Of a stretch of 64,000 nt of DNA, positions 45,654 through 53,921 are shown one piece after another. The notes under the pieces were generated by a model, which made no database searches, had not been told where the DNA came from, and was given only the letters and a program-made list of their open reading frames with translations. The position numbers were made by a program, and so were the translations under genes. The number at the start of each line of letters is the position of its first letter. Within the stretch, counting starts at the first letter, position 1. Location of the stretch: contig CAWCOC010000018.1 in assembly GCA_963797035.1 (NCBI GenBank), positions 65,589 to 129,588 of the forward strand, in the 5' to 3' direction. The DNA comes from Terriglobia bacterium (lineage in GTDB: Bacteria > Acidobacteriota > Terriglobia > Terriglobales > Acidobacteriaceae).

Positions 45654-46301
45654 ATGAAGAAACTGGTTGTTGTTCTTGGGCTCCTGCTGCTGATGTCCAC
45701 AGTTCCGGCATTTGCGCAGGGAAGCTACTTTGTCGACTACTACTCCAACAACCTCAACCCACTGGCCGCCGATCAGGTGATCCGCGCCATCAACACCGGT
45801 ACCTATGGAACGCCGCTGACCAGCATTGGCCAGAACGGTGGCACGCCTGGAACCGGCGACATCTGCGAAAACGTCTACGTGTTCGACAACAACCAGGAAA
45901 TGATTTCCTGCTGCGCTTGCCGTCTGACCCCCGATGAGCTGTCTTCGGCGGAAGTCGGCGCCCAACTGACCAATCATGCCCTGACCGGGACCGCTCCGGT
46001 GGCCGGCGTCGTGAAACTTCTCTTCACGCTTCCGAATGCTGCCAACGGTCCGACCGGTTGCCGAGCTGAGACACTCGTCGGAGCTCTGGCGGACTCTTCG
46101 GCTGCGGTTTTCGGAACTCACCTTCAGGCTGAGCCTCCGTCATCGCCGAGCAGCCTGTTCGTGACCGAGACCGAGAAGCTCCCGCAGGCTCTGTCGGCTG
46201 CGGAATATGCCTTCCTGCCGAACGCTTGCTCGTTCGTGCGTTACCTCGGCAGCGGCGCCCCGGGTACCTGCAGCTGCACCGCCGGCCTGGGTTCGCGGTA
46301 A
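45654..46301 (+). CDS. Cys-rich secreted protein of unknown family (paralogue A)
   Basis: AAGGAGGA lies 7 nt before ATG 45654, and the signal peptide is MKKLVVVLGLLLLMSTVPAFAQ. Blocks shared with 60796..61488: GDIC.N.YV.D..Q.M..CC.CR.TP..L.SA.VGAQLT...LTG..P.AGVVK.L, GTHL, FVTE and FL...C.FVRYLGSG.G.CSC. Confidence 0.8.
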   Translation: MKKLVVVLGLLLLMSTVPAFAQGSYFVDYYSNNLNPLAADQVIRAINTGTYGTPLTSIGQNGGTPGTGDICENVYVFDNNQEMISCCACRLTPDELSSAEVGAQLTNHALTGTAPVAGVVKLLFTLPNAANGPTGCRAETLVGALADSSAAVFGTHLQAEPPSSPSSLFVTETEKLPQALSAAEYAFLPNACSFVRYLGSGAPGTCSCTAGLGSR

Positions 46302-46345
46302 TAGGGACACGTAGCAATGTGGGTTGCTGATTAGCGTCACGGGTC

Positions 46346-46381
46346 GCGTGCCGAGTGGAATGCCGCTTGGCACGCGCTTTT
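46346..46381 (+). terminator. possible rho-independent terminator after Cys-rich gene A
   Basis: GCGTGCCGAG (46346-46355) pairs with CTTGGCACGC (46366-46375, one G-U pair), followed by GCTTTTG. Confidence 0.45.
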
Positions 46382-46639
46382 GCCCGAAACATCCGCTGGG
46401 GTAAGGGCGGAGAGAGAACGGCAAGGTGGGGGCGATTGGAAAAAGCAATCAGGACGGCACACACGATGCCAGGTCCTGGCAGACAGCAATGCAGCAGTTG
46501 ATGGGCTGTGCCGACAAAAGAGCCGCTCAAGCGGCCGAAAACCGGAAACAGTTTCGTAGTTCGCAACTTAACGCCTTCCCCCGCCACGCAGTACAAACCG
46601 GCGCCAGTTGGCGCAGGAAAACAACCGAGGAGTGACACG

Positions 46640-47686
46640 ATGCAATTGGCAACTAGAATCACACGTTTTGCTCTGTGCCTGGCGATACTGGCGACCATGG
46701 GGATGGCTTCGGCCCAGAACTCATCGGACGTAGTGACGGAAATCAACGGCGAAAAGGTCACACGCGCCCAACTTCACGACCAGGAAGCCGGCTCGCTGCT
46801 GCAACCGCGGTATGACTTTTACCAGGCCGAGCAAAAGGCGCTCAACAACCTGATCGCCCGCCGCCTGCTGGAAAAGGAAGCGGCGCGGCAGAAGCTCACG
46901 GTCGAAGAACTGCTGAAGCGCGACGTCGACAGCAAGGTGAAAGACCTGACCGAAGAGCAGCTGCGCACGGTCTACGATGTCATCAGTCCCAAGGAACCGT
47001 TTGAGGCCACCCGCGCCAAGATCCTGGACTCGGTGCACTCACAGCGCGTCCAGAAAGCCCGCCTGGCCTACATTGAAAGCCTGCGCGAAAAAAGCGACGT
47101 GCTGGTGCTGCTGGCGCCGCCGCGCGCCGACTTCGCAGTCGGCGACTCGCCGCGAATCGGCCCCGCCGACGCCCCGGTGCAGTTGGTCGAGTTCGCCGAT
47201 TATGAGTGCCCGTATTGCATCAAAGTGCAACCCGACCTGAAGAAGCTGACCGCCGAGTTCGGCGACAAGGTCAGCTTCGTGTTCAAAGACTTCCCACTTC
47301 CCATGCATGCTCACTCGCAAAAGGCGGCGGAAGCCGCGCGCTGCGCTCTGGTCCAGAACAAGTTCTGGGAATATCACGATCGGCTGTTTTCCAGCACGCA
47401 AATCGATGAGCCCGCGTTAAAGCAGTTCGCGACCGACCTCAAGCTCGACGTGACCAAATTCACCGCTTGCCTGGACTCCGGCCAGCAAACCGCGGCGGTG
47501 CAGAAGGACGCCACGGAAGCGCAGAAGATCGGCCTCAACGGTACTCCCAGCTTTTTCCTGAACGGACGCTTCTTCACTGGCGCGCTGCAATACCAGGACC
47601 TGCGCCAGATGGTGCTGCAGGAATTGTCTGCCAAGAACAAAGACAAGGACAAAGACAAATCCATCGCCGCGAAACAGGGACAGTAA
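46640..47686 (+). CDS. DsbA-family thiol:disulfide oxidoreductase with N-terminal chaperone-like helical domain
   Basis: GAGGAG precedes ATG 46640, and the signal peptide is MQLATRITRFALCLAILATMGMASAQ. The thioredoxin-fold active site is FADYECPYC, with GTPSFFLNG downstream. Confidence 0.88.
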   Translation: MQLATRITRFALCLAILATMGMASAQNSSDVVTEINGEKVTRAQLHDQEAGSLLQPRYDFYQAEQKALNNLIARRLLEKEAARQKLTVEELLKRDVDSKVKDLTEEQLRTVYDVISPKEPFEATRAKILDSVHSQRVQKARLAYIESLREKSDVLVLLAPPRADFAVGDSPRIGPADAPVQLVEFADYECPYCIKVQPDLKKLTAEFGDKVSFVFKDFPLPMHAHSQKAAEAARCALVQNKFWEYHDRLFSSTQIDEPALKQFATDLKLDVTKFTACLDSGQQTAAVQKDATEAQKIGLNGTPSFFLNGRFFTGALQYQDLRQMVLQELSAKNKDKDKDKSIAAKQGQ

Positions 47687-47720
47687 CCAGAGGCGAGACC
47701 GCAGTACGCGAAGGGAGGAA

Positions 47721-48500
47721 ATGATGTACAGGAAAACGGCATGGATGGGATGGCTGGCGGCGGCGCTGTGCGCCGCCAGCATGGGCGCATGGGGCCAGAC
47801 CCCGAGCCAAACGATGAAGATGGAAGCAGTGCAGGCGACCGCACCTCCGCCGGCCAAACCGGCAGTTCCGGGAGCCGCGGAAGTCGCCGCGTTAAAGCAG
47901 AAGGCCACGGCCGGGGACCTGGCGTCGCAGAAATCGCTGGGCGAGATCTACGCCCTTGGCCGGGGCGTTCCGCGGAGCATGTCGGACGCGGCGAAGTGGT
48001 TCCTGAAGGCCGCCGAGCAGGGCGATGTCCCGTCGCAGTTAAAGATCGGGCTCATGTACATGGCGGGCTTCGGGGTGGCGGCCAATCCTCCGCAGGGAAT
48101 TGCCTGGTACAAGAAAGCCGCGGACCAGGGCAATGTCGATGCGATGTTGCGATTGGCCAACCTGTATGAGACAGGCCAGCAGGTTCCGGTCAGCGGCCGT
48201 GAATCTCTGGACTGGTACACCAAGGCAGCTCAAGCGGGAAGCGTCGAAGCGGAACTCCGCCTCGGCTACGTGTACCGCGATGGGCTGGCCAATATTCAAC
48301 ACGACTACCAGGAAGCGCTGACGTGGTTTCGCAAGGCAGCGCTGCATGGCAGTGGAGAAGCCGAGTTCAACGTTGGCTACATGTATCAACAGGGACTCGG
48401 TGTGGTTGCGAGCGTCGACCAGGCTGCCGATTGGTATTCGAAGGCAGCACAAGATGGCTATTCGGCAGCGTCGGCTGCCCTTCGCCATCTGCAAAGGTAG
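47721..48500 (+). CDS. Sel1-repeat (SLR) secreted protein
   Basis: Signal peptide, then 5 SLR units or more: A.KWFLKAAEQGDVPSQLKIGLMY..G.GV, IAWYKKAADQGNVDAMLRLANLY, LDWYTKAAQAGSVEAELRLGYVY, LTWFRKAALHGSGEAEFNVGYMY and ADWYSKAAQDGY. Confidence 0.9.
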   Translation: MMYRKTAWMGWLAAALCAASMGAWGQTPSQTMKMEAVQATAPPPAKPAVPGAAEVAALKQKATAGDLASQKSLGEIYALGRGVPRSMSDAAKWFLKAAEQGDVPSQLKIGLMYMAGFGVAANPPQGIAWYKKAADQGNVDAMLRLANLYETGQQVPVSGRESLDWYTKAAQAGSVEAELRLGYVYRDGLANIQHDYQEALTWFRKAALHGSGEAEFNVGYMYQQGLGVVASVDQAADWYSKAAQDGYSAASAALRHLQR

Positions 48501-48690
48501 TTGCAGTTTGCCCTCCCCCCGGCGGGGATTGGCGTGGGTATCCGGCCCAGATGAGTGGCCCGCGCCTCCCCAGTTGGAACTAGGGCAGTAGGCACCGCGA
48601 ACCATCCGGCGGACCGCCGCCAGGTTCGCGGGGCCCTCTCTGGTCTCAGCAACTGCACTGGGTCCGCTGGCTCGTCGTCCGGGAGGACTC

Positions 48691-51600
48691 GTGGCCGTGC
48701 GGATAAAGACGTTGTTGCTTTGGAATTTGCAACGAGTTGCCTTCGGCGCCTTGTTGGCCGTTGGCCTGCTCCTGCCTGCGCTGTCGGGTTTCACCTCGAG
48801 CTCCAGCACAGGTCCGGCTTCCAATGCGGGAGCGCCGCAACTGGTTCCGGTGGGGGCCACCGTCCGGTTGGACGGCAGCCGCTCCACCAATGCCGGCGGC
48901 GGGCCGCTCACCTACCTGTGGTCGTTTGTTTCCCGCCCCGCCTCCAGCGCCGCCGCGCTGAACAATCCGACGGCCCCGGTCGCCAGCTTTTCCGTCGATC
49001 AGCCCGGCGCCTATGTCGTGCAGCTGGCCGTCAGCGACGGCACCACGGTCTCCAACAGCCAGGTGACAATCGCGACCGACGTCACCCCGCCCATCGCCGA
49101 TGCCGGTCCCGGCCAGGTGGTGGTCGCCGGCGCCGTCGTTCACCTGAACGGCAGCGCCTCCAGCGACCCGGACGGCGATCGTCTCAGCTTTCAGTGGAGC
49201 CTGGTTTCGCTCCCTGCCGGCAGCCAGACTTCCATCTCCGACCCGGCCGCCGTGGCTCCCACCTTCGTCGCCGACCTGGCCGGCACCTACGTCGCGCAGC
49301 TGGTGGTCTCCGACACGCACGGCAACAGCTCCAGCGCCAGCGTCAGCATCAGCACCCAGGATCTGCCGCCGCTGGCCAACGCCGGAGCGGCCCAGTTGGT
49401 GGCCGTCGGCAACACCGTCCAGCTCAACGCCGCCGCTTCTTCCGATCCCGGCGGCGATCCTCTGACTTATTCCTGGAGCTGGCTGTCGGTGCCCGCCGGC
49501 AGCGCCGCCGCGCTCAGCTCGGCCACGGCCGTGAACCCGACCTTCGTCGCCGACCTGGCCGGAACCTACGTCGTGCAGCTGGCAGTGAGCGACACGCACG
49601 GCAACTCGTCGCTGGCAACGGTGGAAGTCGCGACCGACAGCATTCCCCCGCTAGCCAATGCGGGAGCGGCGCAGACCGTTGCCCCGGGCGCCAACGTGCT
49701 GCTGAACGGCGCCGCATCCAACGACGCCGGCGGCGCGCCGCTCACCTACACCTGGACCCTGCTGTTCAAGCCGGCCGCCAGTTCGGCGGCGCTCGTGAAC
49801 GCTACCTCCCCGAGCAGCTCGTTCGTCGCCGACAAGCCAGGTCAGTACCTGGCGCAGCTGGTGGTGTCCAACGGCCTCAACGCCAGCCTTGCGGCCACCG
49901 TGCTGACCACGGCGGCGGCCAGCGGCCCCAATCTCGTCCTTTCCCCCAGCACGCTGAATTTCGGCAACCAGCCCGTCGGCATCACCAGCAATCAGAAGGG
50001 AGTGACGATTACCAACACCGGAACCACCTCGGTGCAAATCACCAGCTTCCTTTTGTCGGGATTTAATGCGCGCGAGTTCAGTTTGCGCGCGGCAGGGTTT
50101 CCGCTGACGGTGCCGCCCAATGGCTCCGTCGTCCTGTCGATCACTTTCACTCCCGGCGCGGAGGGCACGCGCTCGGCAAACATCGCTTTCTATGACAGCA
50201 CCGGCGGATTCCCGCACGGCATCGCTCTGCTCGGGAGCGGCGGGACCAGTGCGCCGATGGTCCAACTGACGCCGCAAAGCATCACTTTCGCCGATCAGTC
50301 GGTCGGGACCAGCAGCGCGTCGAGGTCCATCGCCGTAACCAATATCGGCAACGCGAACCTGCAGATCACCGGCTTGACCATCGGCGGCAGTGATTTCGCG
50401 TTCGCGCCCTCGTTTGCGCCGCCCACTGCGGCTTCGCCGATCAACCTTGCCGCCAACGCATCCACCAGCTTCCCGGTGATATTCAAGCCGACCACCACCG
50501 GCCAGCGCTCCGCCAACCTGTCGATGACCGACAACGCCGGCGACAGCCCGCAATTGGCTCCGCTCAGCGGCACCGGGACGCCGGCGCAACTGTCATCCAT
50601 TACCGTCACCCCGTCCAGCATCACCTTCCCCGACCAGACGGTGGGCAACAGCAGCGCTCCCTCTTCGATCACGGTGACCAACAACACCACCGGCGCTCTC
50701 CAGATTACAAGCCTGACCTTCTCCGGCGCCAATGTCGCCGACTTCTCCACCACCTCGACCGCACCCGTGAACCTGCCGGCTAACGGCGGCGCGGCGCTCA
50801 TCCCGGTGACCTTCAAGCCGTCCGCTACCGGTGCCCGCTCCGCCACCCTCACCATCGCCGACAACAGCGGCGGCAGCCCCCATAGCGTCAGCTTGAGCGG
50901 CAACGGCGCCGGCAATACCCCTCCACCGGGCATTTCCGTCAGCCCCAACTCGCTTGATTTCCAGAGCCAGGCTGTCGGCGTGTCAAGCAGCCCGCTGCCG
51001 ATCACCGTCACCAACGGCAACAGCACCAGCGCGAGCATTTCCCTTTCCATGGCGGGAGTTAATTCCAGCGAGTTCTCGATCAAAACCGCGCGCTCCTTCT
51101 CCGTCGCCGCGGGCGGAACCGGCACCATCAGCGTGGTGTTCACGCCACAGGCCGCCGGCGCTCGCTCGGCTCTGATCATCGTCGGCGACGACACTGGCGC
51201 CGGGGGCCATTACGTCACCCTGACCGGCACAATCGTCAGCAATGTTCCGACGGTTCAGCTCTCACCCGTGCCCCTTGCATTTGGTGATCAAGCGACCGGC
51301 ACCAGCAGCGCGTCGAAGTTATTGACCGTGACCAACACCGGATCGGCCAATCTGCAGATTACCGGCGTTGCCATTGGCGGCGCGAACAGCGGCGACTTCG
51401 CATTTGCGCCGACATTTACTCCGCCCACTCCGGCCGTGCCGATTAATGTTGCCGCCAACGCCTCGACCACGATCCCGGTGGTGTTCAAGCCAACTACAAC
51501 CGGCCCGCGCTCCGCCAGCCTGATGGTCACCGACAATGCCGGCAACAGCCCGCAGTCGGCAGCGCTCACCGGCAACGGCACCTCCGGCCCACCGGCACCG

Positions 51601-53895
51601 GTCACCGTCACCCCGGCCAGCATCACGTTTTCCGATCAGACGGTGGGCAACAGCAGCGCTCCCTCTTCGATCACGGTGACCAACAACACCACGGGCGCGC
51701 TGCAGGTTACCGGCCTGGCATTCTCCGGCGCCAATGCCGGCGATTTCTCCACCCCCTCGACCGCGCCCCTGGCCCTGCCGGCCAACGGCGGCACGGCCAT
51801 CGTTCCTGTGACCTTCAAGCCGTCCGCGACCGGCGCGCGCTCCGCCACGCTCACCATCGCCGACAACAGCGGTGGCAACGCTCATAGTGTTTCTCTGTCC
51901 GGCAACGGCAACCCGCCGACCGGAATTAGCGTCACCCCCAACCCGCTCGATTTCCATAGCCAGACGGTGGGCGTATCCAGCAGCCCGATGCAGATCATCG
52001 TCACCAACGGCAACAGCACCAGCGCTGGCATTTCCCTCTCCCTGGCGGGAGTCAACTCCAGCGAATTTTCCGTCAAGAGCGCGCGCTCCTTCTCCGTCGC
52101 CGCCGGAGGGAGCGGCAGCATCAGCGTGGTGTTCACCCCGCAGGCCACCGGCGCTCGCTCCGCTCTGATCATCGTCGGCGACGACACCGGCGGCCCGGGC
52201 CATTACGTCACCCTGCAAGGCACAGGCGGAACCAGCCTGCCCGCGGTTCAGCTCGTACCTGCGCCGCTGGCGTTTGGCGATCAAGCGGTCGGGGCCAGCA
52301 GCACGCCACGCGCGCTGACCGTCACCAACACAGGCAATGCGAACCTGCAGATTACCGGCGTCGCCATCGGCGGCACCAACAGCGGCGACTTCGCATTCGC
52401 CTCCACATTCACGCCGCCCTCTCCGGCCGTGCCGATTAACGTTGCCGCCAACGCCTCCACCACGATCCCGGTGATCTTTACTCCGACGGCCACCAACGGT
52501 CGCGCTGCCGCATTGATGATCACCGACAATGCCAGTGACAGCCCACAATCGGCGGCGCTCACCGGCAACGGCACCGGCCAACCACAGCCAGTTACCGTCA
52601 ACCCGTCCAGCATCACATTCCCCGATCAGACGGTCGGCAACAGCAGCCCCGCCTCCGCGATCACCGTGACCAACAACACCACCGGCGCGTTGCAGATTAC
52701 CGGCCTGACCTTCTCCGGCGCCAATGCCGGCGATTTCTCCACCGCCTCGACCGCACCCGTGGTTCTGCCGGCGAACGGCGGCACGGTCATCGTCCCGGTG
52801 ACTTTCAAGCCTTCGGCTGCCGGCGCGCGTTCCGCCAGCCTGACGATCGGCGACAACAGCGGCGGCAGCGCCCATAACGTGAGCCTGAGCGGCAACGGCG
52901 CCCTCGGCACGGGACTGTCCGTCACCCCGGCAACGCTCGATTTCCATAACCAGACCCTCAACGTGACCAGCAGCCCGCTGCCGGTGACCGTGAAGAACAT
53001 TGGCGGCACCACGGTGAGTGTGACTGGAGTGCTAATGGTCGGCGTCAACGGAAGCGATTTCTCGACGACCGGCGCGCGGTCTTTCTCCCTCGCGCCTGGC
53101 GCGACTTCCGTCCTCAACATCCTGTTTACTCCGAAAGACATGGGAGCGCGTTCCGCCACGCTCATCGTCAGCGACGACACCGGAGGCCAGGGACACTCGG
53201 TGGGGCTGACGGGTACGGGGGTGACGGCTACTGCAGGCATCAAATTGGACCCGTCTCTGGGGTTGTCATTTGCCAACCAGCAGGTGGGCACGACCAGCGC
53301 GCCCATGCAAGTGACGGTTACGAACACCGGCACGGCGCCGCTGCAAATCAGTGGATTGTCGTTTAGTGGAGTGAACGCGGGTGATTTCGCGCTGTCGTCA
53401 TCGTTCGTGCTGGGCACGACGTACCCGATCACAGTGGCGGCCAATAGCAGCACGATGATTCCCGTGGTGTTCAAGCCGACCGCGAAAGATCCTCGCACCG
53501 CAAACCTTTTGATTGCCGACAATGCCGATGGCAGCCCACACCCGGTTGAACTGCACGGAACAGGTGTGACCGCAATCGTTGCATCGAATCCAAATCCTCT
53601 CGATTTCCAGAATCAGACCCTGGGGACCACGAGCAACGCCATTACCCTCACAGTGACCAACAACGGCAATGCGCCGCTGCAGATCACCGGGCTGAGCTTT
53701 GGAGGAACGAACGCCGGCGATTTCCTCTTTCCGGCAAACTTCACGCTGCCCACGGCGGCCGCCCCGATCACGGTGGCCATCAAGGCGGCACGACCACCAT
53801 TCCCATTCAGTTCAAGCCGGGTGACACTGGGTCACGTCAGGGAAAGCTGCTGCTCACGGACAATGCACTCGATACACCTCAGTCGGTTTCGCTGA
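48691..53895 (+). CDS. giant repeat protein 2, 5' part (frame lost near 53780; the last 110 nt or so of this ORF are out of frame)
   Basis: GTG 48691 or 48697 follows GGGAGGA. The signal peptide is (M)RIKTLLLWNLQRVAFGALLAVGLLLPALSG. Four PKD-like repeats (48.8-49.9 kb) and then choice-of-anchor-D-like repeats follow, with the same signature as giant gene 1. Sensible sequence stops at ...TLPTAAAPITVA. Confidence 0.88.
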   Translation: MAVRIKTLLLWNLQRVAFGALLAVGLLLPALSGFTSSSSTGPASNAGAPQLVPVGATVRLDGSRSTNAGGGPLTYLWSFVSRPASSAAALNNPTAPVASFSVDQPGAYVVQLAVSDGTTVSNSQVTIATDVTPPIADAGPGQVVVAGAVVHLNGSASSDPDGDRLSFQWSLVSLPAGSQTSISDPAAVAPTFVADLAGTYVAQLVVSDTHGNSSSASVSISTQDLPPLANAGAAQLVAVGNTVQLNAAASSDPGGDPLTYSWSWLSVPAGSAAALSSATAVNPTFVADLAGTYVVQLAVSDTHGNSSLATVEVATDSIPPLANAGAAQTVAPGANVLLNGAASNDAGGAPLTYTWTLLFKPAASSAALVNATSPSSSFVADKPGQYLAQLVVSNGLNASLAATVLTTAAASGPNLVLSPSTLNFGNQPVGITSNQKGVTITNTGTTSVQITSFLLSGFNAREFSLRAAGFPLTVPPNGSVVLSITFTPGAEGTRSANIAFYDSTGGFPHGIALLGSGGTSAPMVQLTPQSITFADQSVGTSSASRSIAVTNIGNANLQITGLTIGGSDFAFAPSFAPPTAASPINLAANASTSFPVIFKPTTTGQRSANLSMTDNAGDSPQLAPLSGTGTPAQLSSITVTPSSITFPDQTVGNSSAPSSITVTNNTTGALQITSLTFSGANVADFSTTSTAPVNLPANGGAALIPVTFKPSATGARSATLTIADNSGGSPHSVSLSGNGAGNTPPPGISVSPNSLDFQSQAVGVSSSPLPITVTNGNSTSASISLSMAGVNSSEFSIKTARSFSVAAGGTGTISVVFTPQAAGARSALIIVGDDTGAGGHYVTLTGTIVSNVPTVQLSPVPLAFGDQATGTSSASKLLTVTNTGSANLQITGVAIGGANSGDFAFAPTFTPPTPAVPINVAANASTTIPVVFKPTTTGPRSASLMVTDNAGNSPQSAALTGNGTSGPPAPVTVTPASITFSDQTVGNSSAPSSITVTNNTTGALQVTGLAFSGANAGDFSTPSTAPLALPANGGTAIVPVTFKPSATGARSATLTIADNSGGNAHSVSLSGNGNPPTGISVTPNPLDFHSQTVGVSSSPMQIIVTNGNSTSAGISLSLAGVNSSEFSVKSARSFSVAAGGSGSISVVFTPQATGARSALIIVGDDTGGPGHYVTLQGTGGTSLPAVQLVPAPLAFGDQAVGASSTPRALTVTNTGNANLQITGVAIGGTNSGDFAFASTFTPPSPAVPINVAANASTTIPVIFTPTATNGRAAALMITDNASDSPQSAALTGNGTGQPQPVTVNPSSITFPDQTVGNSSPASAITVTNNTTGALQITGLTFSGANAGDFSTASTAPVVLPANGGTVIVPVTFKPSAAGARSASLTIGDNSGGSAHNVSLSGNGALGTGLSVTPATLDFHNQTLNVTSSPLPVTVKNIGGTTVSVTGVLMVGVNGSDFSTTGARSFSLAPGATSVLNILFTPKDMGARSATLIVSDDTGGQGHSVGLTGTGVTATAGIKLDPSLGLSFANQQVGTTSAPMQVTVTNTGTAPLQISGLSFSGVNAGDFALSSSFVLGTTYPITVAANSSTMIPVVFKPTAKDPRTANLLIADNADGSPHPVELHGTGVTAIVASNPNPLDFQNQTLGTTSNAITLTVTNNGNAPLQITGLSFGGTNAGDFLFPANFTLPTAAAPITVAIKAARPPFPFSSSRVTLGHVRESCCSRTMHSIHLSRFR
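50248..53218 (+). repeat. 3 tandem super-repeats of about 1 kb (each = 3 Ig-like domains) inside giant gene 2
   Basis: Units start near 50248, 51244 and 52237. A 56-nt exact duplicate, cagacggtgggcaacagcagcgctccctcttcgatcacggtgaccaacaacaccac, occurs at 50635-50690 and 51637-51692 (offset 1002 nt). Protein blocks such as FKPSATGARSATLTIADNSGG and VFTPQA.GARSALIIVGDDTG recur in the same order. Confidence 0.85.
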
Positions 53896-53921
53896 TCGGC
53901 AATGGCGTCGGGCCGAAGGTT

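Noticed and set aside
48596-48632. Inverted repeat CCGCGAACC-N19-GGTTCGCGG upstream of giant gene 2, as a terminator or riboswitch
   Set aside because: There is no U-tract and no recognisable riboswitch core. It may be a 5'-UTR structure, but I cannot support a specific call.
51319-52947. 542-aa minus-strand ORF antisense to giant gene 2 (also 49651..50589, 50295..51194, 52626..53522, 53879..54892)
   Set aside because: Same reasoning: shadow ORFs with Arg/Gly-rich composition and no start context.
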